Shown: positions 7,607-18,918 of the stretch, one piece after another | Numbering within the stretch: the first letter of the stretch is position 1 | Layout of the letters: every line of letters starts with the position of its first letter | Source of the DNA: Fidelibacterota bacterium | GTDB lineage: Bacteria; Fidelibacterota; UBA2242 | NCBI GenBank assembly: GCA_003527965.1 | Contig: DPVY01000263.1 | Coordinates: forward strand, 1-33,530 | Length of the DNA stretch: 33,530 nt | Direction of reading: 5' to 3' | The notes under the pieces: generated by a model | Told to the model about the DNA's origin: nothing | The model's database searches: none | Seen by the model: the letters and a program-made list of their open reading frames with translations, nothing else | Program-made: the position numbers and the translations under genes

Positions 7607-7973
7607 CTTTTAGAAAATCTTCGCGGATCAATACCAGAATATAGGAGTGTGGTACAATCAAATATTTTTTACCTTCCAGCTCAATTTCAATGGCGTACTT
7701 CCGCAGAAAAATCGCATAGTCCCCTTCTTCCGCCTGAAGCGGCAAATATTGAGGCTCTTTGTTTTCGGGTGCCCAGGGCTCATCATTAGAATCATCGGGC
7801 AAGGGTAGCGGCAAACCCGGTCCGACTTTGACCACATGTCCACCCTGAACAGTTTCTTTTTCTTTCACGCCGGGCGGCAGATACAGGCCGGAGGGTGTTT
7901 TTGAATGATTGATATCGGGCTCTATTAACACCCTATCGCCTACAAGAATGATCTCTTTTCCATTTTTAAACAT
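7602..7973 (-). CDS. GroES/Cpn10-like co-chaperonin family protein, orphan, with an internal insertion
   Basis: 123 aa. GDRVLIEP...KTPSGLYLPPGVKEKETVQGGHVVKVGPG and ...GDYAIFLRKYAIEIELEGKKYLIV follow the GroES layout, including a mobile-loop-like segment. No groEL is adjacent. Confidence 0.55.
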   Translation of the reverse strand: MFKNGKEIILVGDRVLIEPDINHSKTPSGLYLPPGVKEKETVQGGHVVKVGPGLPLPLPDDSNDEPWAPENKEPQYLPLQAEEGDYAIFLRKYAIEIELEGKKYLIVPHSYILVLIREDFLKE

Positions 7974-8306
7974 ATATAAATTTACTAATCTTATACTTAA
8001 TCTGAAACAATCTTCTTTGTCTTCGGGTTATTTAACGTGAGTTTGATATGGCCTCACAAGAAAAGGAAAACAAAATAGCCTTCATGTTCCAATTATAAAT
8101 CGCTGAAGCAGTTATTGGTTTGGAGACGGTAGTACAAGTTCACCCGGATAAATCCGGGCATTGTCCTAAGAATAGAAATACCGGGGTGAAAAGAAAGTCT
8201 TCGCTACCCGAGGCAAACCGTTTCTCCCAAACAGATCACAAAGGACTTCTAAGAGGATGCCGCTGGCAAGCGGTTTATCAAAATTCTCTATAAACATTTT
8301 GCTTTA

Positions 8307-10388
<2,082 letters not shown>

Positions 10389-10411
10389 TTATCCACGATT
10401 TGAAAAAGGTA

Positions 10412-11191
10412 TTACTGTTTCTTTTCTTTTTCGTCAGTCTCTTTGTCTGTAAAGAATTTCATAAAAGGCTTTACCAGATCGATGGGTAGCGGAAAGATGA
10501 TTGTGGAATTATTCTCAGTAGCCACTTCGCGCAGGGTTTGCAGATAGCGCAGCTGCAGGGTAATAGGTTCCTTCGTCAGGACTTCAGCGGCTTTCAGCAG
10601 TTTGGCTGAGGCCTGGAATTCACCTTCGGCGTTGATGATCTTGGCACGGCGTTCCCGTTCCGCTTCAGCCTGTTTTGCCATGGCGCGCTGCATTTCAGTG
10701 GGCAGGTCGACGTGTTTAATCTCTACCTGAGAAACCTTGATGCCCCAGGGATCGGTATGTGTATCAAGAATAGCCTGTAGTTCCGTGTTGATTTTTTCAC
10801 GTCCGGAGAGCAGCTCGTCCAGTTCGGCTTGACCGAGAATACTCCGCAGGGTTGTTTGAGCCAGCTGGGAAGTAGCATCAAAATAATTTTCTACTTCAAC
10901 AATAGCTTTAGTGGGTTCCATTACCCGGAAAAAAACCACCGCATTGACCTGAACGGAGACATTGTCTTTTGTGATAATATCCTGAACGGGGACATCATAA
11001 ACCACCGTTCGCAGGCTGACTTTGACCATTTTATCAATAAAGGGGATTATTAAAAATAATCCGGGCCCCTTGGCGCCGATCATGCGCCCTAATCGAAAGA
11101 TAACGCCTCGTTCGTATTCCTTCAAAACACGGATAGCGCTGGACAGGACAAAAAACACTAAAATAATGATGGTGACAATAGAAAGTTGCAT
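10412..11191 (-). CDS. SPFH/band-7 (stomatin-like) membrane protein
   Basis: 259 aa with an N-terminal TM helix, then [12 protein letters not shown] and an SPFH core. A coiled-coil region reads [16 protein letters not shown]. Confidence 0.92.
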   Translation of the reverse strand: MQLSIVTIIILVFFVLSSAIRVLKEYERGVIFRLGRMIGAKGPGLFLIIPFIDKMVKVSLRTVVYDVPVQDIITKDNVSVQVNAVVFFRVMEPTKAIVEVENYFDATSQLAQTTLRSILGQAELDELLSGREKINTELQAILDTHTDPWGIKVSQVEIKHVDLPTEMQRAMAKQAEAERERRAKIINAEGEFQASAKLLKAAEVLTKEPITLQLRYLQTLREVATENNSTIIFPLPIDLVKPFMKFFTDKETDEKEKKQ

Positions 11192-11206
11192 CTTATTCTC
11201 CTTTTT

Positions 11207-12553
11207 CTATTCAGGTTTATATTCTTCTACAGTTAATTGCATACGCTCAACGGATTTGACGATAATCTGAGCTCCTTTGGGGATCGGCCGGGCGGCCCGG
11301 GCTTTCCAGATTTCACCATGGACCTTAACAGTTCCTGATTCGGTAATGTCGGTGGTCGCGATCCCGATTTCACCAATAATACCCTCCATGCCGGTAGTTG
11401 GCTGGCGTTTATGGGCCTTTAAAACATAAGATAAGGCGACAATGAAGAAAAGGGCGGTAAAAATCACTACCGGAATAATGACCGCCAGGGAAACGGAAAA
11501 CAGGGCTTTGGGCGCTTCCGCGACGTCAAACAGCATCATAGATCCTAATATCATAGAGACTAATCCTCCTATTGTTAATAGCCCGTAGCTGGTTATACTT
11601 ATCTCTAAAATGAACAGGATAATGGCAACGATAATAAGGGCCACACCGGCATAATTGATCGGCAGTACCTGTAAGGCAAAAAATGCCAGGATCAGAAAGA
11701 CGATGCCGAGCACACCGGGGAAGATGGCGCCGGGGCTGCGAATTTCAAAAAAGAGTCCGTAAAAGCCCAGAATCAGTAATAAATAGGCGACGTTCGGGTC
11801 GCTGATAACATCCAGGATTTTGCGATGGAATCCCAGGGGACGGACGATGATTTTAGCATTATGGGTGGATAGAGTTTTTTCGCCTGACGGGACTTTAGTG
11901 ACTTTTCCGTCTAAATATTCAATAAATTCATCAAGATCTTTAGCGACGAGGTCAACGATATTCAGTTCCACGGCTTCGGTTTCAGTAATGGAAACGCTCT
12001 TCCGAACAGCCTCTTCGACCCACTCTTCGTTGCGCCCGCGTTCGTGGGCAAGACTGCGGATTTGTGCCACGGCATCGTTAGTCACTTTCTCCATCATAGT
12101 TTCGGTGCCGGCGGAATCGGGTTTGCTACCACCGAACGGGCTGCCGCCGCCCATGGTAACCGGGTGAGCCGCGCCGATATTGGTCCCGGGCGCCATAGCC
12201 GCGAAATGCGCCGCCACGGTAATGAAGACGCCGGCGGAAGCCGATTGCGCGCCCCGGGGACTAATGTAAACCGCTACCGGTACTTCAGAATTTAGAATGT
12301 CCTTGATGATATCCCGCATTGAGTTCATCAGACCGCCGGGCGTGTCCATTTTCAGGATCAGGCACTCGATCTTTTCCAAACCGGCTTTTTCAATGTTTTC
12401 GTGAATGTAGGACACCGCTACCGGATTGATTACACCATCGATCTCCAGAACCCAGATTTCACGGTTACCCGGATCCGAATCTGCGGCTGGAGCAGCAGTA
12501 AGCGGAATTAACAGAAGTAACAGGGAAATATAATATTTGAGTTGCTTTTTCAT
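11207..12553 (-). CDS. NfeD-family membrane-bound ClpP-class serine protease
   Basis: 448 aa with a signal peptide and an N-terminal ClpP-like domain (GAQSASAGVFI). It has a multi-TM middle and a C-terminal NfeD OB-fold (GTVKVHGEIWKARA). It lies 15 nt upstream of the SPFH gene. Confidence 0.9.
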   Translation of the reverse strand: MKKQLKYYISLLLLLIPLTAAPAADSDPGNREIWVLEIDGVINPVAVSYIHENIEKAGLEKIECLILKMDTPGGLMNSMRDIIKDILNSEVPVAVYISPRGAQSASAGVFITVAAHFAAMAPGTNIGAAHPVTMGGGSPFGGSKPDSAGTETMMEKVTNDAVAQIRSLAHERGRNEEWVEEAVRKSVSITETEAVELNIVDLVAKDLDEFIEYLDGKVTKVPSGEKTLSTHNAKIIVRPLGFHRKILDVISDPNVAYLLLILGFYGLFFEIRSPGAIFPGVLGIVFLILAFFALQVLPINYAGVALIIVAIILFILEISITSYGLLTIGGLVSMILGSMMLFDVAEAPKALFSVSLAVIIPVVIFTALFFIVALSYVLKAHKRQPTTGMEGIIGEIGIATTDITESGTVKVHGEIWKARAARPIPKGAQIIVKSVERMQLTVEEYKPE

Positions 12554-12763
12554 TCGTATGGAGTTCCTTTCAGAATATACAAGACAAAACGATGATTCTC
12601 AACCTGTTTCTTATTAATTCGGCTAATATTTAAATCCATCCACCTTTTAAAATCCGGAGGGTATCAGAAGCCGCAGCTATGATTGTAAACAGGATAAGAT
12701 TTAATAAAATCGAGCGAATTATACTCATCTGATACGAAATTATTATGCAAATTAGGAAAAGTA

Positions 12764-14068
12764 TCAGAAGAGAACAGCCATGGAAGCCGTCAATCGGTCT
12801 TCCGTATATTTTTGGCTGCTCCAGGTATCGAAATAAGGGTGTGATATTGTCTGATCGCCGACAGCTCGCTGGTAAGCGCAACCCAAAATAAAAGATTTTT
12901 TCAGGATTGTTTCGATTCCGGCGCCGATTAAATGATAATACTTGTCGTCGTCATTTTGAATATTTTCATAGGGTGACGGAATGCGGCGATAGGCCAATCG
13001 GGTTGAAACGGCATTGCCGATCGGCATGGCAAGGAATACACCGATGTCGGTTGTCTTGCGCAGGTTCCAATAAAGGTCGCGATTAATAGCGCTCTTGTCT
13101 TCCAGGCGATCGACTTCAATTTTCTGCCAGTTGTGGATTATAAGGTCCAGCCCGACAGTTAATTGTCCGAATTTAACGGCAAAAGAGGGGGCTATTTCCA
13201 TCGGATAACGGGATTCATATTCAAAATCATAATAATCGTTCTGGGTTGAATCGGGGTCAACGTCATAAGTAAATTTTTCCGAGAACTCACTGACTTCCTG
13301 AATAGTTAGATTTAAAGGTGTGGATATTTTCAACCCGAATTTAAAATTTGAGGAATGATAAGACAATCCGACGTCCATGTTGAAGCCGCTATAGTTGGGC
13401 TTGATGATTTCGCGGTTAATTATTTCATCATTTATCAGAACATCATTTTCATCAATCGCAGTTTCAACAGACTGGTAGCTGCGATCGCCGCCGTGAAAAT
13501 TCAAGGAAACTCCGGTATTGAAATTAGGTAAAAATTCAATAGCTCCGGCTATGCGAAGAGTATTCAAGGAACCGGTTTCTTCGATTTTTACTTCCTGATA
13601 GACGTCGCCGAAATCATAAGTGACTGTTCCCTTACTTTCCAGGTTTGAATAATAATAAGCCGAGGGAGTATAGCTGAGCGCAAACACCATGTTGCCACGA
13701 TAAACGGGAACAGGATATGCAAAACCAAAGTAGTCGGCGCGAACAGTATTGGAGGAGGTGGCAAATTCCTGTTGATTGCCGACCAAAGCCGAACGCTGAT
13801 CGACATTAAGATACTGCATTGAGACACAGGCTTTGGGGCGGCGGATATTAACCAAAAACGCCGGGTTTTCCAGCGTCGATGAGATATCCCTCGAAAGCAG
13901 GGAGTTATTATGCAGAGAAAAAGTCGAGGAGCTGATACCGTAAACATCACGGAACGGGCGCAGCGCTTCGCCGCTCATGGCTTCATTGAAAAATTGAGCC
14001 CGAATACTTATCGGAATAATAAAAAGAAAGACAAACAAGATTTTTAATTTTTGGGGGATACATGTCAT
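12764..14068 (-). CDS. Predicted outer-membrane beta-barrel protein (FadL/PorV-like N-terminal NPA motif); family uncertain
   Basis: 434 aa with a signal peptide (ILFVFLFIIPISIRAQ) and an ENPAFL motif. It has many amphipathic beta-strand segments and a C-terminal ...SMAVLF ending in Phe. Confidence 0.7.
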   Translation of the reverse strand: MTCIPQKLKILFVFLFIIPISIRAQFFNEAMSGEALRPFRDVYGISSSTFSLHNNSLLSRDISSTLENPAFLVNIRRPKACVSMQYLNVDQRSALVGNQQEFATSSNTVRADYFGFAYPVPVYRGNMVFALSYTPSAYYYSNLESKGTVTYDFGDVYQEVKIEETGSLNTLRIAGAIEFLPNFNTGVSLNFHGGDRSYQSVETAIDENDVLINDEIINREIIKPNYSGFNMDVGLSYHSSNFKFGLKISTPLNLTIQEVSEFSEKFTYDVDPDSTQNDYYDFEYESRYPMEIAPSFAVKFGQLTVGLDLIIHNWQKIEVDRLEDKSAINRDLYWNLRKTTDIGVFLAMPIGNAVSTRLAYRRIPSPYENIQNDDDKYYHLIGAGIETILKKSFILGCAYQRAVGDQTISHPYFDTWSSQKYTEDRLTASMAVLF

Positions 14069-14071
14069 ATA

Positions 14072-15337
14072 TTAATTCCTATTTCGGCTGTTTTTGGATG
14101 AATTGCCGGAAGATGATTTAGAAGAGGACTTGGAAGACGATGATTGACTACCTGGGGAACGTGAACCGGCTGAAGAACTTGAGCCGGAAGATGATGATCG
14201 GCTACTGGGTTTTGGTGAAACCGTGGAACTTCTCGGAGTCGACGAGCGAGTAGATCTTGAATTTGAAGGCGCTTTGTAGCTGGAACTCTTTGAGGAGCTA
14301 TTTGAAGACGATCTGGCTGATGATTGACGTTTTGGCGCCGAATATGTTTCTTTGTTTTTATTACTATTTTGTTTCTCCGGTTTACTTCTTTGCCGAACAG
14401 AGGGCTTTTTCTCCGGTGGGGTTAAAACGGGAGTGGGAGAGGGCTTGGTCGGAGCAGAGCGCCGGATTATTTTTGTCTCAGCTTTCGGCTGCGGGGGCTG
14501 TATCGTATTCTGAAAACCGGAGATAGATTTATCCCGAGGTTTGGGGGTGAGCCGTTGTTTCGATTGTTTTTCTTTTAAAACTTCCTGGGGGTTTTCAGAC
14601 GTCTGCGGTTTTGAGACAATCGGCGCTGAACTGTTGTTTCTCGAGCCGGACGATCCTATACTTCCCATATTTCCCGACCCGGCGCTCATCGGCAGGTCCA
14701 GGCTGGATTGGAAATCAGGGTTGGATTGTCTCGGTGTCAATGTTGCACGTTTTTGCCCTGTTGGAGAATCTTTAGGCTGCCAATCCGCTTTTTTCTGTTG
14801 TCGCCCCTCGGCAACCGGTTCACGGCTGCCATATCCCCCGCGATAATAACCGCCGTAGTAATAGGAGCCCCGGCCATAGTAATATCTCGAATATGGGTAA
14901 TTGTAACTACGGTAACGATAGGGATTATAATAACCATAACTGTAATAACCCCAGTCATAAAAGGGATCATAGAAAAAGGGATCGTAATAGCCCAAATAAA
15001 AGGAATGGTAAGAACTCCAGGGTGAATACCAGTAAGAATTGTAGTCATAGAATCTGCTGTGGGGATTATATCCATACCATAAATTACTGTTTAAAAAGTC
15101 TTGAGTGGCGTTCCGGTAGCCTTGATTATAATCAGAAATATCGGGGGCCTCAAACACATAACTTTCGTAGGAACCGACTTCATCGTCGTATTGACTGCTT
15201 TCGGCATCGTATTGTTGGTCATAATTCCCCCGGGAAACCTCTTCCCTGGAGACGGGTTCAGATAGTTTTGTATAGCAACCGGATAAAAGGAACAGGGCGA
15301 TTATCGCGGGTGAGAGTAATTTTAATGGTTTTTTCAT
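14072..15337 (-). CDS. Lipoprotein with a Tyr/Gly-rich core and a long basic Ser/Pro/Lys-rich disordered tail
   Basis: 421 aa with a lipobox LLSGC. By hand count there are 38 Tyr in about 135 residues (for example YYDPFFYDPFYDWGYYSYGYYNPYRYRSYNYPYSRYYYGRGSYYYGGYYRGGYG). The last ~90 aa are dominated by Ser. Its stop is 3 nt from the barrel gene start. Confidence 0.75.
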   Translation of the reverse strand: MKKPLKLLSPAIIALFLLSGCYTKLSEPVSREEVSRGNYDQQYDAESSQYDDEVGSYESYVFEAPDISDYNQGYRNATQDFLNSNLWYGYNPHSRFYDYNSYWYSPWSSYHSFYLGYYDPFFYDPFYDWGYYSYGYYNPYRYRSYNYPYSRYYYGRGSYYYGGYYRGGYGSREPVAEGRQQKKADWQPKDSPTGQKRATLTPRQSNPDFQSSLDLPMSAGSGNMGSIGSSGSRNNSSAPIVSKPQTSENPQEVLKEKQSKQRLTPKPRDKSISGFQNTIQPPQPKAETKIIRRSAPTKPSPTPVLTPPEKKPSVRQRSKPEKQNSNKNKETYSAPKRQSSARSSSNSSSKSSSYKAPSNSRSTRSSTPRSSTVSPKPSSRSSSSGSSSSAGSRSPGSQSSSSKSSSKSSSGNSSKNSRNRN

Positions 15338-15648
15338 GATATCATCCTTTTTATCTAATTGAATATAGTCATCATTATGCTTGTCGTCAAGATAATCATA
15401 CTATTTTGACTGAATTTTTCGGGAATTTGTTCCCGGTGATGTGATTTAGATCTATTATTGCCGGTATTTGAAGATACTTGCCACAATGATCAGACCGGTG
15501 TTGTTCGGTAAAATCCTATGGGAAGCCGACCGGAGCCGGGGTTAATATAAATTATAATAAAAGAAGATTGCAATATCATTTTCTTTTGGTATTCCCTTTT
15601 TATATTAAAACTTATGAAAAATTTTGGGATTAATGTATATTTCGCTTT

Positions 15649-17076
15649 ATGAAAAGATTTGTCAGAAAAAGTATTTCCATAGGCGGCACCTGGATAGGAG
15701 CCCGCTATATCTACCGGGAATTGTTGTTTCCGTTCTTTTTTTCCATTGGTGTGGTAACTTTTGTTTTGCTGGCGAATTTCCTGATCAAATCGGTAGATCG
15801 TTTATTGGGCAAAGGACTACCCGGGTCGGTGATTTTTGAGTTTTTATATTTGAACCTGGCCTGGATCATTGCCATGTCGGTGCCAATGGCGGTATTGGTC
15901 GCTTCCCTGATGGCTTACGGACGGCTGGCTGAAGATAATGAGATTACCGCTATGCGCGCCAGTGGCATCAGTTTTCTTACTATTCTGGGACCGGGGATTG
16001 TTTTTGGTTTTTTCGTGGCGGTATTTATGGTATTTTTTCACAATAATATACTTCCGGATTTTAATCATAAAGCCAGGTTGCTTTCGGGCGATATTTACCG
16101 TAAGCGCCCCGGCTTGAATATTGAACCGGGCTATTTTATGGATGATATTCCAGATTACTCCATCTATGTAAAAGAAAAATCCGGCGAACATTTGCGCAAA
16201 ATCACAATTTATAATAAAGATTCCCAGTCGGTCCAGACGACTATATACGCGGACAGCGGCTATCTTGAAATTGACGGGAATACGGTATTGTTTACTCTAT
16301 ATTCCGGGGAAATCCACGAGCTGGATATTGGAAATTTGCAAGACTATCGCCGTACCGATTTCCGGAAACACCGCATTGCCATTCCGGTAGATAACCTGAT
16401 GCTGGAGCGCCGGGATTCCGCCCGCCGGGGCGACCGGGAAATGACGATTGGCATGATGCGGGCAAATGTAAAAAAGTATGCCGGGGAGCGGGATAAGATA
16501 CTGGAGAAAATGCAGAAATTAGTAAAGACAGAGATCGACACCACCGGGGCTTTGGAAATTAAAGAAATAAAGAAAATTATCGAATACCGAAAGGAGCAAA
16601 ACCTGACAAATCTTCCCAAAAAGGAAGCCGATATAGAAAACCGCCGCTTGAATTCATTGTACACAAGATTGCAGGGTGAAGCCAATCTGGCATTCAGCTA
16701 TCAAAAACAGGTTAATAAATATCAGGTGGAAATTCACAAAAAATATTCCATTCCCTTTGCCTGCATTGTATTTATCATAATCGGCGCACCGCTGGGGGTC
16801 ATGACCCGGCGCGGCGGAATTGCCGTAGCGGCAACCTTAAGCATTCTCTTTTTCCTCGTCTATTATGTGTTTTTAATAGGTGGCGAGGAACTTGCCGATA
16901 TGGTGATCATTCCGCCTTTTTGGGCGATGTGGACGCCCAATATTTTGTTAATGCTGATTGGCATTTACCTGATTTATTACGCCATGTGGGAACAGAAAAC
17001 CGTCGATTTTTCGAGGCTGCTAAAATTTTTCAGAAAAAAAATCAAAAGACAAGCGCTAAAAACATTAAAAACATAA
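15649..17076 (+). CDS. LptF/LptG-family (YjgP/YjgQ) LPS export permease
   Basis: 475 aa with an N-terminal RYIYRELLFPFFFSIGVVTFVLL signature and six predicted TM segments. The large periplasmic or coiled insertion is typical of long-form LptF/G. Confidence 0.8.
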   Translation: MKRFVRKSISIGGTWIGARYIYRELLFPFFFSIGVVTFVLLANFLIKSVDRLLGKGLPGSVIFEFLYLNLAWIIAMSVPMAVLVASLMAYGRLAEDNEITAMRASGISFLTILGPGIVFGFFVAVFMVFFHNNILPDFNHKARLLSGDIYRKRPGLNIEPGYFMDDIPDYSIYVKEKSGEHLRKITIYNKDSQSVQTTIYADSGYLEIDGNTVLFTLYSGEIHELDIGNLQDYRRTDFRKHRIAIPVDNLMLERRDSARRGDREMTIGMMRANVKKYAGERDKILEKMQKLVKTEIDTTGALEIKEIKKIIEYRKEQNLTNLPKKEADIENRRLNSLYTRLQGEANLAFSYQKQVNKYQVEIHKKYSIPFACIVFIIIGAPLGVMTRRGGIAVAATLSILFFLVYYVFLIGGEELADMVIIPPFWAMWTPNILLMLIGIYLIYYAMWEQKTVDFSRLLKFFRKKIKRQALKTLKT

Positions 17077-17089
17077 CAGGAAGCAAACT

Positions 17090-18391
17090 ATGATCCCCAC
17101 TGATTTTATTGAGAAGAAAAAAAACGGGCAGGAACATTCATCGGCTGAGATAAAAGATTTTATCGGCGCTTACGTCAAGGGAGATATCCCCGATTACCAG
17201 ATGGCAGCCTGGCTGATGGCAGTGAACTTTCAGGGCATGACCGACCGGGAAACCATTGCCCTCGTGGACGTCATGCTGCATTCCGGCGAAACCATTGATC
17301 TGTCTCATGTAGAATCCTTCAAAGTCGATAAACACAGTACCGGCGGCGTGGGTGACAAGGTTTCCCTGATTCTGGCGCCCCTGGCGAATGCCGTGGGCTG
17401 CGTGGTGCCGATGCTTTCCGGGCGCAGTCTGGGTCATTCCGGCGGAACACTCGATAAACTTGAGAGTATTCCCGGCTTCAACGTAATGCTTGCGAAAAAA
17501 GAATTTATTCGTCTTGTCGAAAAATATGGTCTCGCAATGGGCGGGCAAACGGAAGAGGTCGTGCCGGCGGACCGGAAGATGTATGCTCTAAGGGATGTAA
17601 CTTCGACGGTTAAGTCGATTCCCCTGATCTGCGGCAGCATTTTAAGCAAAAAGATTGCCGAAGGTATCGACGGTCTGGTCATGGACGTTAAAACGGGCAA
17701 TGGCGCCTTCCTGCCGGAATACAACCAGAGCCAACGATTAGCCAAACAATTGAAAAACGTCGGACAGCAGTTTGGTTTAAAGGTCATATCGGTGATTACC
17801 GATATGAATCAACCTCTTGGGAACGCCGTCGGTAACTGGCTGGAAGTGGTAGAATCCATTAACACCCTAAAAGGCGACGGTCCGGCGGATTTGCTAGAAG
17901 TCACTTTGCATTTGACCGCCTGGATGGTAGTGTTGTCCGGTATCGAAAAGGACTTTGATAAAGCGGTACATTTACTGGAAAAAACCATTCAATCCGGCGC
18001 CGCTTATGAAAAATTTCTGATGATGGTGGAGAACCAGGGCGGCGACGTCGACCTGGTTCAACATCCGGAGAAGTACAAACGGGCAGCCGTAATCGCTCCG
18101 GTAATCTCGAATCATTCCGGTTATATCAAAGCGATCGATTCCTACAGTATCGGCATGACGGCGCTGTCGATAGGCACCGGGCGGAAGAATTTACAGGATG
18201 TGATCAAACCGGAAGTCGGCATTATAATTGAAAAGAAAATCGGCGCTGCGGTCAACAGAGCTGAGCCGCTTGCCGTGATTCACGCCCCGGATCAATCATC
18301 CTGGGAACAGGCGCAAATACAGATTCTAAATGCCTTTAAAATCACAGATTCAAAGGTTGCCCCGCCACCGTTGTTTTATGAGACGTTCTGA
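17090..18391 (+). CDS. deoA: Thymidine / pyrimidine-nucleoside phosphorylase
   Basis: 433 aa with motifs DKHSTGGVGDK and SGRSLGHSGGTLDKLESIPG. It starts 13 nt after the permease gene. Confidence 0.93.
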   Translation: MIPTDFIEKKKNGQEHSSAEIKDFIGAYVKGDIPDYQMAAWLMAVNFQGMTDRETIALVDVMLHSGETIDLSHVESFKVDKHSTGGVGDKVSLILAPLANAVGCVVPMLSGRSLGHSGGTLDKLESIPGFNVMLAKKEFIRLVEKYGLAMGGQTEEVVPADRKMYALRDVTSTVKSIPLICGSILSKKIAEGIDGLVMDVKTGNGAFLPEYNQSQRLAKQLKNVGQQFGLKVISVITDMNQPLGNAVGNWLEVVESINTLKGDGPADLLEVTLHLTAWMVVLSGIEKDFDKAVHLLEKTIQSGAAYEKFLMMVENQGGDVDLVQHPEKYKRAAVIAPVISNHSGYIKAIDSYSIGMTALSIGTGRKNLQDVIKPEVGIIIEKKIGAAVNRAEPLAVIHAPDQSSWEQAQIQILNAFKITDSKVAPPPLFYETF

Positions 18392-18738
18392 GGATGGCAA
18401 ATATTTATTCTTTTAAGCGTTCAGTTTTGTAATTCTCTCAGGGCATTTAACCCCTTAATTCTCAAATTCTTGTTTGTTTGTGCCAAAGGCATTCCTCCAG
18501 AAAGCGCTTGTCTTAAATGTGTCAGCAGCTTCGGGTTGTTATATATTTAATAATTCTTCGTGTTTATAAAAAGATTTTTCATTTTTGGGTTTTGGCTTGT
18601 CCAGTTTAGGGATATATAAGAATGATTGAGATTAAGGTTAAGGCTAGATGTAAAGAAAGTGTGTTGCTTTGAAAGAGTATTTTCGTCTCAACCCCGGCTT
18701 AATCTTAACTAAGATTTTAATAGAAAGAAAAAAATAGA

Positions 18739-18767
18739 TTGACACTAATAAAAAAAACTATTAACAT
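18739..18767 (+). promoter_or_regulatory. Candidate sigma70-type promoter of the ilv-leu operon
   Basis: TTGACA (18739-18744), a 17-nt spacer, then TAACAT (18762-18767). It lies 20 nt upstream of the leader ORF ATG. Confidence 0.5.
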
Positions 18768-18786
18768 AGGGCAATTATTGAGAATT

Positions 18787-18882
18787 ATGATTGATATGAA
18801 AACACCCCGACATATACTAGACATTATTATTTGGATAGTCCTTATTATTCTACTCATAGACAGGAGGGAAGGGGTAATTTAA
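18787..18882 (+). CDS. Branched-chain amino-acid leader peptide (31 aa), absent from the ORF track
   Basis: Hand translation gives MIDMKTPRHILDIIIWIVLIILLIDRREGVI* with 10 Ile, 4 Leu and 2 Val. 13 of the 15 residues 10-24 are branched-chain. The SD is weak (GAGA), and an alternative ATG sits at 18796. Confidence 0.55.
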   Translation: MIDMKTPRHILDIIIWIVLIILLIDRREGVI

Positions 18883-18918
18883 GTCTCTCATAAAATAAAA
18901 GTTTTAAAACCCCTTCCC
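18866..18918 (+). promoter_or_regulatory. Candidate antiterminator pairing of the ilv-leu attenuator
   Basis: GGGAAGGGGT (18866-18875, the last leader codons) is perfectly complementary to ACCCCTTCCC (18909-18918). The latter contains the 5' arm of the terminator. Confidence 0.5.

Noticed and set aside
7974-8060. CIRCE (HrcA) operator upstream of the GroES-like gene
   Set aside because: There is only a 5-bp GTGAG-N11-CTCAC dyad. It does not resemble TTAGCACTC-N9-GAGTGCTAA.
12630-12881. 83-aa - strand ORF overlapping the 3' end of the barrel gene
   Set aside because: It overlaps a well-supported CDS in another frame. Only the distal 32 codons are considered, as a low-interest finding.
14257-15339. 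Several + strand and alternative-frame ORFs (89-148 aa) over the lipoprotein gene
   Set aside because: These are shadows of a low-complexity, codon-repetitive gene. Only the - strand frame has a lipobox signal peptide and operon context.
15624-15839. 71-aa ORF overlapping the start of the LptF/G gene
   Set aside because: It is in a different frame from a gene with a clear family signature and has no independent support.
18392-18786. T-box or other riboswitch upstream of ilvD, and an imperfect inverted repeat (GATTAAGGTTAAG / CTTAATCTTAACT) around 18630-18715
   Set aside because: I saw no T-box consensus or specifier-loop architecture. The inverted repeat matches only about 10 of 13 positions and lies upstream of the predicted promoter.
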